The notes under the pieces are model-generated. The model was given only the letters and a program-made list of their open reading frames with translations, had not been told where the DNA came from and did no database searches. The position numbers and the translations under genes were made by a program. A DNA stretch of 63,367 nt, counting the filler, from Guillardia theta CCMP2712 (Eukaryota > Protista > Cryptophyta): the NCBI RefSeq assembly GCF_000315625.1. It is 5 parts of 5 records of this genome, joined end to end, with 100 filler letters (N's around TTAATTAATTAA, not from the genome) between each part and the next. Parts side by side here need not be neighbours in the genome. Positions count along the whole stretch, not along the records: positions 1 to 25,423 come from NW_005434605.1; 4 more parts are not named here. The stretch is one strand, 5' to 3'. Shown here piece by piece: positions 1 to 12,202 of this stretch (the first letter of the stretch is position 1; each line of letters begins with the position of its first letter).

Positions 1-381
1 CATCGCTGTGTCCTGGCGCGAGTAGGTTGTCTTTTCCGGCATTCCACAGATCCCTCTCGAACTTTTTCCTGCACACGAAGACGGGCGTTCAGAACAAAGA
101 TAGATGAGCATAAAGATAGATGAGCATAAAAAGATAGATGAGCATAAAGATAGATGTGCATGTTTGCAGGTGTAACAGCACAGAGGTGAATCGGTACAAG
201 ATAATTGAGCATGGAGGTGATTAGGAGGGAGGAGGAGCACCGGAATGATCGGGTCGATGTGTATGCTTCCTGAATCTTCTTGATGTCTCTGCTGTTCTGA
301 AGGATGCTTCTCTCCACCGAGTCGACCCAAGAACTTGTCATCTCCTCCTCTTCCTTCTGTGTGTTCATGTTCATGTTCGTG

Positions 382-436
<55 letters not shown>

Positions 437-1159
437 CCGACGGATAACAGAGCTCTTGAGAACCCTGCGCTTGGCGATGGACGCAACTGTGTCCGGCTCG
501 AAGTTCGGGACTTCGATGAAGGAGTGGGAGGCCAGTGGGGTCGACGAAGGACGGGCTGGAAGCCGCATCAAACTTCTCCTGTGCGACGCTATCATACTCA
601 TGTTGCCTTGCAGCTTGTTGCCGNNNNNNNNNNNNNNNNNNNNNNNNNNNNNNNNNNNNNNNNNNNNNNNNNNNNNNNNNNNNNNNNNNNNNNNNNNNNN
701 NNNNNNNNNNNNNNNNNNNNNNNCATCTCCTCCTCTTCCTTCTCCTCTTCATCTTCATCTTCCAGCTTCGTGTCTTTCCACTTCCATTCCCTTGAGTACT
801 GCTCGAGGGTTGTGTGTGGCCGACGGATAACAGAGCTCTTGAGAACCCTGCGCTTGGCGATGGACGCAACTGTGTCCGGCTCGAAGTTCGGGACTTCGAT
901 GAAGGAGTGGGAGGCCAGTGGGGTCGACGAAGGACGGGCTGGAAGCCGCATCAAACTTCTCCTGTGCGACGCTATCATACTCATGTTGCCTTGCAGCTTG
1001 TTGCCGTTTCACAGGCTTTGAAGGGCCAAGTTGCCGGAGTGGCGGCGCAGCTCCTCCTCAACCTCTGCCACCTGTTCCCTCCCCTCCCTAGCCGCTTCTC
1101 TTCCTCCCAGTCCCTCCCCTCGCCATTCGCGGCACCGTCACGATCGTCGCGCCTGACAT
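1..1159 (-). CDS. Hypothetical multi-exon protein, 3' end probably beyond the window; part duplicated across an assembly gap
   Basis: Hand-spliced: MSGATIVT|VAEVEEELRRHSGNLALQSL|RSLMRLPARPSSTP...EEEEMTSSWVDSVERSILQNSRDIKKIQEAY, with GT-AG introns. No recognisable domain. Confidence 0.5.
339..1006. repeat. Direct duplication (339-623 vs 724-1006) flanking a 100-N gap; likely assembly artefact
   Basis: About 190 bp identical on both sides of the gap. The first copy has (GT)n where the second has near-equal-length coding sequence. Confidence 0.8.
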
Positions 1160-1924
1160 TTCCATTCACTGGCAACCGTTGATGGTTCATCCCCCTCATC
1201 CCCCCATCTCCCCCACCCCCACCCACCCACCCCACCCCCCCCATCCCCGCCCATCCCCACCCACCCCCCATTGAGAGTTGTTTTTGAGACAAGCTGGTGG
1301 GTAGTAGTGACTCAGTGTCACCGACCCGCCTCGGCGTCAAAAAATATTGGTCAACAGTAAACCTTCAATAAAGGTTAACCGCTGCTACATCCATGGGTGA
1401 TACCCTGGCACAACCACATGGGAAAAAGTATAATACCATCTCTAATGAAAAAGTCCTAATACTTTACCATATGCAACACCCCACCCCTCGATCAGCGGGT
1501 CGTGACACGGACAATAAAAACATTAACTTCCCCATAAAATTCTATAGATGTTCTCTGCGACTCCATCAATTATACAATAAATTTTATTGTTCAAAGTAAA
1601 ACTTATGGAACGGCTGAGTTCACTCCCCAACCACCACCCGCCCATCTCCCCTCCTCCTCTCCTCCTCCTCTTCCCCTCCTCTTCCCCTCCTCCTCTCCTC
1701 CTCCTCTTCCTCTCCTCCTTTCCTCTCCTCCTCCTCTCCATTGTCCTTGTGCTCCTCCCCATCGTCCCCTCGCTTTCCTAGTATCTCAATCCCATCTTTG
1801 GCCCCCTTAATTCATCCTTGTTCATTGTGAAGAAAGCGCAAGTACTCCTATATAGTTTCTTCCTCCTCCTCCTGTCCTCTTCAACCCCACCTCTTGAGCC
1901 TCTTTTCTACTGAAGAGAGCAGCG

Positions 1925-2203
1925 ATGGGTTGCGGAAGCTCTGTGCAGCAAGTGAAGTACGACCCGTGGGATGCGTACGATTGGGACTCGTTGCCGCAAG
2001 GATACAAGCAGCATTGGGAGGTTCTCGGCTTTAACCGAGCAAGTTGGAACGGAAACATTCCTGAGCCTCGAACTCTCTCCACGGCATGGTCTCAACTCTC
2101 CCCGGCTGAGAGGAACTCTGCGACCGCTCTAGGCTACAACCAGCGAATGTGGGACAATGGCGAGGAATTAACCATGCTTCCTCCCCCTCCAGCATCTCAG
2201 CAG

Positions 2204-2241
<38 letters not shown>

Positions 2242-2985
2242 TCCCCAGCAGTATCCCCAGCAGTATCCTCCGCAGCAGGTTCAGAACGCCAAGTTCTGTC
2301 AAAAGTGTGGCGCTCAGGCGAGCATGGCTCAGAACTTCTGCAACTCGTGCGGACAGCAGCTGGGCATGGCTGCTCCTATGGCGAACAATGGAGGAGGAGC
2401 TCCTCCTGGTTACGTGCCGACAGGATACATGATGCCGAATGCGAAGCCGAACCCTGGGTACAATCAGAATATGCCGAATGCTGGGATGTACAACAATCAG
2501 TACGTTCCACAGCAGCAGCAGCAGCAAATGATGGGTCGACCTGCCGGACGGATGGGGATGGGCGGGATGGGCGGGATGGGCGGGATGGGCAGGATGGCAG
2601 GAGCAGGGCTGGCAGGAGGAGCAGCAGGGTACATGCTGGGGGATGGTTCCATGTCAGGTGTGCTGGCAGAGGGAGCAGAGTTAATGCAGGACGGTTACGA
2701 GGCCGTAGCGGACGGCATGGAAGAAGTAGGAGGTGAACTTTCAAGGATATTATGCTGTCAAGTCTTAGACTGTTGCTCACAGGATACATGGGAGACGCGT
2801 TCGAGGCAGTGCAGTCTGCGGACTACGGTGGCATGATGGAGTCAGCAGGTGAGGGAGGATGAAGGAGAGTTGGTGCGTTGAGCGCTGATCTGACATGACA
2901 TGCAGGGGACGCGATGGAAGACTTCGGAGAGTCGGCAGGAGGATTCTTCGAGGATGCGGTGGGGGCGATAGGAGACTTCTTTTAA
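1925..2985 (+). CDS. Putative myristoylated/palmitoylated protein with Trp-rich repeat module, zinc ribbon and Gln/Gly/Met low-complexity region
   Basis: Starts MGCGSS. Two W..L....A/W..LG[FY]N...W units. FCQKCG...FCNSCG zinc ribbon. Two short 3' introns give ...EDAVGAIGDFF* (TAA 2983-2985). Confidence 0.8.
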
Positions 2986-3152
2986 CGTTAAATGCTCTTA
3001 AAAATGCTCTTAATCTGCTACTTAAAGTAATGACATAAATTGTGATGGTGATGGGGAATGTTTGACGATGTTGCAGCAAGAAAATGTATGAAAACAAAAA
3101 ACTGCCCGAAGAGCTAGTAGGGAGGCAGACGGCTGCCATGACTTTCTCTACG

Positions 3153-4347
3153 TCAAAAATCAAAAGCTAATGTCACAATGTACTGGAGAAGCTCTCCGTT
3201 CCCAAGAGTGTACAGGGGAGAATCGACGCCGAGTCGCTGCAGGAGAGGTCATGCGCTGTCTGCCATCCTTTCCCTTACCTTGTGCGACCCCATGCCTACA
3301 GCCAGTCGATACGCCACAAGAAAGCTGCAGGCAAGTGAGACGGCGGAGGAGGATCGGGAGCACCGGACGTGTGCGAGAAGGTATGGAGCAGGCGTGGGAT
3401 GGGCTCGGTGAGATGAATGCAGGCGCGGCGACGAATCACGTACTCGACAGCCTGAGGGAGGACGATGAGCTGAGATGATCAGCAGGACGAACGTCACCTG
3501 CACGCGGCCGATGCGGAAGCGAGCGATCAAGTAGGCGATCACAAGAGCAGCACTGTGCGTCAGTCCCGTCAGGCAGTGGACAAGCAGTTTGCCGTTCTCA
3601 GCCTGCCAAGCAAGTCACAAGTTAGCAGGAGCTGAGGGGTCGTCTCACCGCCCGCATGAAGGTGATGGCCTCTATCCACTTCCTCTGCAGATCGTCATCT
3701 TCGCTGATCTCCATGCAATAATATGAAATGTGATCGGGGAACCTGAGCAGGTGTCAATGAGGACGAGAAGATATTGATTCGTGAGATGGCAGCAAGGTGA
3801 TAGATACAGACATTGATAGACACTGATATGTGAGATGACAGCATGTCAATTGATGGACATTGATAGACGTGCTTCCTCCATGCATTCTACTTTTTCTTAC
3901 ATTGGGCGCACGATTTTCTCCAATGGAGAACGCACCAGCACAATCTGACAAGGGAGTGAGAAGGCGAGGAGAGAAGGACAAGTATGAGAGCACATGCGTG
4001 ATGCCGCAAGACATCAGTGCCGAGTACTTCCTTGCTGCAGCAAGAGGCCCCAACCACAGCTTCTCCGGTATGATCTCTTGCGCCACCCGGCGCATGTCGT
4101 ATGACCAGCCTGCGCAGGTGCACTGACTGTTGCGAAGATACTCGTAGAAGAATTCAGCATTGATCCGCTTCTCCCTCCATGAGTCCCACACGGTGGTGGC
4201 CGCCAGGTCATGGATCACTCCCTTGGTGATTACACTCCCTGCTTCGTTCTGTGTGGTGGACGGCAGCTGGGTCGGACCATGGCCTCCTGCCTGCCAGCTC
4301 TCCGACAAGATCTCGTCGTGTTCTTGCGATTGATCATAATGGGTCAT
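3153..4347 (-). CDS. Dual-specificity phosphatase-fold protein with degenerate active site (HCLTGLTHS)
   Basis: EIIPEKLWLG...GITHVLS, LLVHCLTGLTHSAALVIAYL, AVEYVIRRRACI; multi-exon; inferred C-terminus AVGMGSHKRLGVDSPLYTLGNGELLQYIVTLAFDF*. Confidence 0.8.
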
Positions 4348-4775
4348 CTACCTGCCCTCCTCAAACGTCTCTCAGACTGACTCCAGTCGTTCTGCTCACT
4401 GCTCTGAGTCCGCTATGTCATCAAAACGCAGCGGTCGATTCGCTTTCGCAAGCTAGGAAAGCAACAAGGTAAGCAATCAATAAACACTATGGTATAACCC
4501 TTGTTCTCAAGGATGCTTTGAGGATCATGATGTGTCAATATCAATTGTTCTCACCCTTGTGCCAAGCATTTCCTTCCCATCACCTTCTCCTCATAGTGTG
4601 CTGACTGCTCTTCTTTCATGTCGTGGGCACTCGTTTCCTTGGAAATATCTCGCCTTGCCCTTTGTCTCTATTTGCTATCAATTTCTCTTCCGAGCTTCGA
4701 TCTTTTGCATGATCGTTAACATGTCTTAAACTGACCTCTTCATAGAGGAAAGCGCTCTCCCCTGCTTCCTTCACC

Positions 4776-4834
4776 CCCTGCCCTGCCCTGCCCTGCCCTG
4801 CCCTGCCCTGCCCTGCCCTGCCCTGCCCTGCCCT
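4776..4834. repeat. (CCCTG)n microsatellite
   Basis: About 11 tandem CCCTG units. Confidence 0.9.
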
Positions 4835-5219
4835 ATCATGACACATCATGTCATGTTCGTCGCATCATGCCAAGTTCTCTCCATCTTCTCCTCTTCTTCG
4901 TCGCCTCCCCCATTCGTCTTCTGCATGAAGTTCCTCTCCACCAAACCCGAATACCCTTGGTGACCGTACCCCCAACCTTCCTACCCCTACCCCTAATTTT
5001 GATTGAATCGCCCCCTCATACCAATAATTGTATCAGCCCCTGGGTGAAAAGTCTCCACCGGTGGTTACGACTGGACCGACAAATTGATTTCCTGATCTGA
5101 TAGGGGTTATCCAACCACCCTTCCCCTCCCAATTCACCCCTGGAGTACCCCCACCATTTTTGAAATCGACTACCCACTTTTATCTCACCCCTACCCCCTC
5201 AAGAAGACATACAACTGGC

Positions 5220-6543
5220 ATGGATGTCTCCACTAGTAGCGCAGTTCATGCAGAGGAGCAGGGGGGAGGGGGAGCAGGGGGGGGAGAAGGGGGAGGACTG
5301 GAAAGGGCGCCAGTGGTGAAGAGGAGGAGGAGCAGGAGGAGCAGGAGTGGAAAGGGCGACAGTGGTGGAGATAGGTGTAGAAAGGAAGACAAGAGAGGGG
5401 AGGAAATGTGATTGAGGAGTGGGCACGGGAATGTTGGATAGGAAAGGCCGATGAGGAAAACTCCGTGGCGGTGTTGGCAACTGGGAGGGGCTGGGATGAC
5501 AGAGGGTTGCGAGGGCAGAAGATACGCATTATGCAGGGAGACAGGGGAAGGAGCGAATTCAAGGAATGCAAGGAGCGCTCTCAGAGGTTGCCAAGGTTGA
5601 GTTGGATTGTGACCATGTTTGCAGATGCCCCCGAGGGCTGCGGGCGCAGAGCCAGTCAGGAAGTCAGCTCGGAATGCGCAAGATGCGGCAGGACCAAGGT
5701 AGGAAGAGGATGCTTGTATCTGTAGGAAGAGACGACTTTGTTAGTAGGAAGAGAACACTTGTGTTCTTGTATTAAGGGATCTGAACCTGCTGTCAAGGTC
5801 GTTGGACGAGCGTCAGCGGGAGCGAGCAAGGCTCGCCAGGCTAGCGATGCTGGTAAGGATGAGAAGCATCTTAGCAGCAAGCACTGGCTGCAGCGATTGA
5901 GACGAGCCCTGATCCTTCTTGCATGTGACGGTGGTGAACAGGAGCGAGACAACCATGTGACGGACAACACACACATGATGAAAGTGCACAACCTTGGAGG
6001 CGATGAGTTGATCGGCAAAGGTTGTGCGAGCATGTCAAGCTTCGCATGTTGGCTCAATCTTTTCACAGGCGAACAGAAGAAGAAACGAAAGAAAATCTCC
6101 TTGTTTGAAAGAACCAAGAATAGGTTTGTGCTCTATCCTACCTCCTCGATGGCTTATGAGGGAAATTCCTCAGAACTCTGGACCAAATGATGCAGGAAGC
6201 CGAGACAGAGATGGTACAAGCATATGGGGTATGAATCTCTTCTCTAGCGCTGAGACTGATCTAGGTGACAGGCTTCATATTATGACATCGTCAGCCCCCC
6301 TCCAGGAAAGAATGAGGTTGGACAAGACCCTGACGTTGGCGCCTGCCTGACAGTTGCATGCAGGGCATCGCAAAGAAGTTATGCTCGATCTGTGGCTACA
6401 TCGCTCCTTACACTTGCCGCATCACGGGCATGCGTATGTCTTTGCGCTCACGTTGCGATGGAGGAGTGACAGACTTATAGGTTTCTGCTCGCGGCCATGC
6501 TTGCGGGTGCACGAGGAGACGAGGCTGAAGGGGCTCAAGTGAC
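5220..6543 (+). CDS. Hypothetical multi-exon protein
   Basis: Open exon-like segments (DAPEGCGRRASQEV..., EHLCSCIKGSEPAVKVVG...) bounded by GT/AG. No recognisable domain; boundaries uncertain. Confidence 0.3.
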
Positions 6544-6688
6544 GCTGCTGGTTGCTGAGGTTTAAACTTGTACATTAAATGTATTCTCTTGTACATGCGT
6601 GACCAGCCCTCGAGATCATCAACAGCTGGCGATCCCTCGACACCGTCTGAGTCGTCTCTACTCTTACCGTGAGCGCTGTCGGTGAAAT

Positions 6689-6771
6689 GATATGTGATAT
6701 GTGATATGTGATATGTGCAAATGTGATATGTGCATATGTGCATATGTGATATGTGCATATGTGCATATGTG
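6689..6771. repeat. (ATATGTG/ATATGTGC)n tandem repeat
   Basis: Directly visible 7-8 bp tandem units. Confidence 0.85.
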
Positions 6772-7388
6772 ACCTGCAGATGGTTTCCTAGATCATCGCA
6801 GAATGCGTGCTTGCACTCCATGATCTGATTCCGAAACTGATGTCCCTTGCTGATCTGAATTGAGACTAACCCGGAGCTATTGTGACCCTGACAGCTGCTC
6901 TAGTTCTTTCTGCTATCCTCCCTTCTTGTAATCTTCTTTCCTTGTTCGATCCTCCTACTTCCTCCTCCCCCCCCTCCCCCTCCTCCCCTTCCCTTAACCC
7001 CCCCGCTTCCCCTCCACCAGCCATTCGCCCCCTTCCTGCCCCTGCCCCCTCCCGTAACTGACGTTGAGCCCTTACTACCCTCTTGAGTGTGACCACCCCT
7101 CCTCATGAGCACAAATTCGCGATTTTGGAAGGGTGGGGGTAACAGGAGCTTCAACAGCTGAGCCTATCATCTAGTAGGGAGGGAGGCAACGACAGGGAGC
7201 AGAGAGGTAGAGGAGGAGAAGCAAAGGGAGGGAAGGAGGAGGAGAGAGGAGAAGAGATGTCCTAGGAGATCACAAGCTCATCCTCGCTGAACCCATCTGT
7301 TCCCAGACATTGAGCTGGCCTTGTTGCTCGGATCGTCGGGAAGTGAACAGGATCGAACTGCAGTCTGAACCCCGTCCTGCGGCAACAG

Positions 7389-10023
7389 ATGTCTTTACAT
7401 GGCTGCCAGGAGGACAGCACGATCACAGCGTTGCTGAGCTCACCGAGGTCCTTGCTGGCATGCGAGAGGCAGGGTTACACCCCCGAGCAGCTGCTGTACC
7501 GAGGAGAAGAGGAGTTCCACGATGCGCAGGCCGGTAGAGAGGTCTCCTTCCTCCGGTTCGAGCATGCCGAGCTCGGGCGCCGGAGGAGGTTGAGGGAGGT
7601 GCTGAATGAGTACGACATGGTGTGCCGGGAGGACATGCGGGATGGCGACGATGTGAGGCACCAGGGGCTGCCGTCGAGCCTAATCCAGCTGAGCGCGAGG
7701 TCGTACGAGAAGGAGTTTGAGATCCTCAAGATGAAGCTGAGGGAGCAGATCGCGGACGTGATACGTGAGGACCTGAAGAAGGAGCTCGAGAGGAGCTCGC
7801 AGCACCATCATCCTCGTCCCTCCTCTCCAGCCAACGACAAGTCCAAGGGGCCCGCAGCTGGGGAGGGCAAGTCTGCCAAGTTCAAACCTCCTCCGCTGGT
7901 AAGGAAGCAGTCGGAGAACGCAGCGAGAATGCAGAGAGAGCGAGAAGAGCAGCAGAAGCGGAACATCCAGATAAAGGAGGAGCGAAGGCTGGCAGCTCTC
8001 GAGAGGAAGAAGCACGAGCTGCAGGAGGAGAACGAGAGGAAGCGGACTGAATTCCAGCTGAGGCTGTCCTCTGCGCAGGACGCGCTAAGGGACCACCAGA
8101 TGAAGCAGGAGATGATGCTGGACGAGAAGATGAAGAAGAACGAGGTACAAAGGAAGAAGTTCGAAGAGGAGCGGAGGGAGGAGATGGAGAAGAGGAAGCA
8201 CATCCTGCAGATACGGCAGGACCGAGTGCAGCAGGCGATCAGCGAGCTGGACAGCCGAGAGGAGGTAAAGATCAGCAAGCTGAAGCAGAAGGAGGAAGAG
8301 GCCGGGAAGCGCCTGCAGGCTCTCCGGCAGAACAGAGGCGCGAGCTCGGAGCAGAGGAGGAGGGAAGCGGAGTACAAGGAGCAGCGGCGGCAGGAGATAC
8401 TGATGAGGGCGGAGTATGACAAGGAGGCGCGGAAACAGCATCTGATAGAGAGGCAACTGCAGGATGAGATACAGATTCAGCATCAGAAGGAGAAGAAGGA
8501 AAGGGAGAGGAGGCTGCACGTGGAGTTGGAGAGGCAGCGGAAGCAGGAGAGGATGGAGGCGATCGAGCGGTACCGGCGCATGGAGGAGTACAAGAGGAAG
8601 CAGCAAGCAGAGAGGATCGATGAGGAGACTCGGGCGATCCAGCAGCGGAAGTCAGACATGAAGAGACTGCACGAGTTCATCCTGGCGGAGAAGCGAGAGA
8701 GGGAGCACCTGAAGAAGCTCATGGTCGACAGCGTCAGGCACTTCGCCGTGACGCGCGTGTGGAGCGTGCCAGAGGAGGTCAGCTCGGAGATCGACTACAA
8801 CGAGATCAAGTCCGCCATCCAGGAAGAGTTCTGGAGCCAGAGGACGGGATCGCATGCGCTGAGGGACCAGGAGAGCAGAGACGTTCTCAAGCCGGCTCCT
8901 CCTTCTACAGCGCCGGGGCATGCTCGTCAGGTCTTCGTTACCCAGGAAGCAGAAGGCTCGTGGAGCAGGGGGGATACTCGGGATCGCCTCGACCATCACC
9001 CGAGACTAGTCGACCCAAGGGAGGCACAGGGAAGGTATCTTCCTCCTGCTCCTGCTCCTCCCCTTGTGCAGCAGCAGAAGCAGCGCCCCAAGTCTGCTCA
9101 CGTCAGTTCGACTCGCGTGGTCCTGTCAAATTCAGGTCACCCACTCAATGGGATCGCTCCTCTTGCTCCGCATCCAGACCACAGGGAGATCGAGGAGGGG
9201 CGAGAGCGTGAGATAAGGTGCAGTCAAGAACAACTCTCCCTCCCTCCCTGCCTCCCTCCCTGCCTCCCTCCCTGCCTCCCTCCCTGCCTCCCTGCCTCCC
9301 TGCCTCCCTGCCTCCCTGCCTCCCTGCCTCCCTCCCTTCGAAGCTCTTCCATCCCTCTACCCACCCCATGTCTCGTACCATGATCTTCTGCTTCTGACAA
9401 GCGGAAGGAGTTTCAGGCAACCGGCGAAAAAGCTTCGAAAGAAGAAGAGGATCAAGAATGGGTTCGCGCAAACTCCGCTCCTGCCTGCTCCTATCATGCA
9501 TGTGGTCGAGAGCCTTCGAAAGTGAGCAGCCTGATCAGGAGGAGGAAGCAGGAGAAGAAAGCAGGAGGAGGAAGCAGGAGAAGAAAGCAGGAGGAGGAAG
9601 CAGGAGGAGGAAGCAGGAGAAGAAAGCAGGGGGAAGGGGGCAGACAGAGGAGAGGGAGGGTGTAGAGGGGAGGGAAGATGAGGAAGGAATGAAGGGAGTT
9701 ATGCTGACGGTGTTGGATCTCAGGATTCAGAACTTGGAGCTGACACGCATGATTCAACTGGAGGAGGTTTGGTGAGATTTGGTCGATCAACCTGATGCCT
9801 CGACAGGAGCAGGAGAAGCGGCGAGAGAAGATGTACGAGATGGCTGAAGATGAAGACAGGACGGTGAGACGAGACTGTCGAGTTGGAAAGAGCTGACAGT
9901 GGGTGGCAGGAGTTGAAGAGAATCTTTGAGAAGGAGAGGAGGAGAGGAGCTCAAGAGATTATGAAGATGACTGCCGCACACGAGGAGCATCTTGCTAATT
10001 TATTAACACAACATGTGCGATGA
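7389..10023 (+). CDS. Long coiled-coil protein, CCDC177/DUF4659-like (possible cilia/cytoskeleton component)
   Basis: N-terminal LSSPRSLLACERQGYTPEQLL...RFEHAELGRRRRL resembles the CCDC177 SPRSLEAC motif. E/R/K/Q-rich coiled coil. Spliced tail RIQNLELTRMIQLEE...IMKMTAAHEEHLANLLTQHVR*. Confidence 0.75.
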
Positions 10024-10104
10024 TTAGAATTCATGTGAAAAAAGTCAAGTAAAAATTGAATAACACAAACACAACTGAGAAACGAAGAATGTTTCTTCGA
10101 CAAC

Positions 10105-10866
10105 TCAATCCCTGCCAAACAGAAGCCCTTGAAGGATGAGGAGGGGGGTGAGGAGAATGCGGAAGAGACCCTTGAACGGCAGGAAGACTAGCTTCATGAC
10201 TTGCTTCCACAGGGGCTTGCCCTGGCTCCCCTTGACCTCCGTAGGCATGTCCTTCCTCTCCACCGAGCGAGTTTGATGCTTGTCAGCCGCCGCCGCTCTC
10301 TTGGCTTCACTCTCCTGCACCAGCTCCTTGGTCACTGTGATGACGTTGTTGAGATTCCCGTCCTTGTCCTTCTCCACCTCCCACTGGTTGCTCGTCGTCC
10401 ACTCTCCATCGAGGATGAACTTGAAGTGATACTTGCCGGGGGGGATGGGGATAACGCCGTTGAACTCGTTCTCGTGCTTGCTCAGCTTGAAGTGCTCCAA
10501 CCACTTGCTCCAGGACCCAACCACAGTCACGTCCTCCACTTCATCCACGCCCTCACTGATGGAGAAGAAGACCGGCAGGTTGGCCGAGCTCAAGTCCACG
10601 TCCTCCGACACCGAGGACAGGAACTCTGCCCTCCTCACGACCACTTGGGGATCAGCCTCCTTCTCGTTCGTCTCGCTCACCACTGACTCAACATCAGACT
10701 CTGCTTTCCTCAGCTTGCTGGTGAACCCAGGTGCTCCATTCATCCTCCCCACTCCAACGTCGTTGGCCACATTCGCTGCCTCCACAGAGGCAGCTGAGCA
10801 CCACTGAATCGCGATCAGGAGGCAGAGTACGTGAGTGGAGAACTTGCTGGAGGAGAGTGGGGCCAT
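10105..10866 (-). CDS. Signal-peptide protein with AMPK-beta-type CBM48 starch/glycogen-binding domain and hydrophobic C-terminus
   Basis: Intronless 253-aa ORF. VTVVGSWSKW...IPPGKYHFKFILDGEW...DKDGNLNNVI matches CBM48. N-terminal VLCLLIAIQWCSA. Confidence 0.85.
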   Translation of the reverse strand: MAPLSSSKFSTHVLCLLIAIQWCSAASVEAANVANDVGVGRMNGAPGFTSKLRKAESDVESVVSETNEKEADPQVVVRRAEFLSSVSEDVDLSSANLPVFFSISEGVDEVEDVTVVGSWSKWLEHFKLSKHENEFNGVIPIPPGKYHFKFILDGEWTTSNQWEVEKDKDGNLNNVITVTKELVQESEAKRAAAADKHQTRSVERKDMPTEVKGSQGKPLWKQVMKLVFLPFKGLFRILLTPLLILQGLLFGRD

Positions 10867-12202
10867 GTCGTTATGCTCAAATCTTGTGCAGCACTTGCCC
10901 TCCTACAGGGAAGGGGGAAGCCAGCTCAGGTAGATTGAGGCTAAAACAGCTCAAAAGATCTCCAGTTGCGGCTCTGAAAAAAAGCACCAGTAAGAGGCAA
11001 GACGTAGAGAAGCATTGCTCCTCTCTCCTCCTCATCCTCATCTAATCTAAATATTCGCAAAGCACAAGATGCTCCTATCTCCCCACCCTCATAAGTGGTC
11101 TACTCTTTCGGCGATGCCTCCTCATCATCCGCTCTTCTGCTCCATAATATGATCGCCGATGGTGTAGTGGCAAGAGGGTTCGACTAGTTACTGCTCGGCT
11201 TATCATCTAAAGTCACGATTGGCCTATCGTTTCCCTCTCACGATCACATCTCTTCATATCTTCCTCCTAAATTCAAAATGACGTACCTGAGCTCTAACAC
11301 ATCATCTCTATCCTGCCTTCTTGCATAGAACCAAAACAGCCATCGGCGAACGAGAATGCTATGTTGACCTTCTCCATCCAACACCATTCACTTTCATCAT
11401 CATCTTCCTCCTTAGCATCGCTATTCTGCCATCGGCGTCTCCCCTCATTCTCTTCATCTGCCATGATCTATGGCCACCTCCTCCTGCCAACGGTTTCATC
11501 AGCCGCAACTCCCGCCATAGCGTCTCCTCATCTATCTCGCTGGCCACCTCTACCCACCCCAGCTACCAAACTGTACCCCCACCTCCAACTTCTTCACCCC
11601 CTACCCCCAGAAAAACTCAAGACCCCCCTGACTTCGCAACAAAGTACCCCCTATTTGACGTTATGGACGATTGCTAACCCTGACAATATCACCCTTTACC
11701 CCCCTGATTGCCAGGTCAGACCCCCCTACCCTCAATGTCTCTACACCCCGAATACCCCACCCCTTCACATCTCGCAACCAACAAAATATTGATGACCTAC
11801 CATCCAAACACCCACCCCCTCTACTGGATTCACTAATGAATACCCCACCCACCAATAGCTATGAACATGAAATATACCCCATCTTTCTCACAAAAGGAGA
11901 CTCAAATACCCGGTCCGGAGAGACGTACCCCATCTGGTGTCGCAACTACAAAAGTACCCCACCACCTTGTTACACATGACCCCACCCTACCAGTCAAATT
12001 GTCGTTGTGACCCTCCCCCGAGATTCAAAAAAATGTCCCGCCAAACTCAAGGCTTATCTGGTCTGCCATCATCCGTTCCCTCCCTCAGTCCAAGATGCCG
12101 TCGGTACCAAGATGCCGGGCCCCGGGCCCCGGGAGCTCATACCGCACAAATTCAACTGCTCCCCGCACGCACCTGTCCCCGCACTGTCCCCGCTGCTCCC
12201 CG

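Noticed and set aside
359-434. (GT)n microsatellite or exon duplication in gene 1
   Set aside because: Near-equal-length corrupted version of 744-817 beside a gap; most likely a consensus/assembly artefact.
959-1012. In-frame TGA within an otherwise open minus-strand frame (readthrough or selenocysteine?)
   Set aside because: A 51-nt GT-AG intron (GTGAAAC...GCACAG) removes it and preserves the frame.
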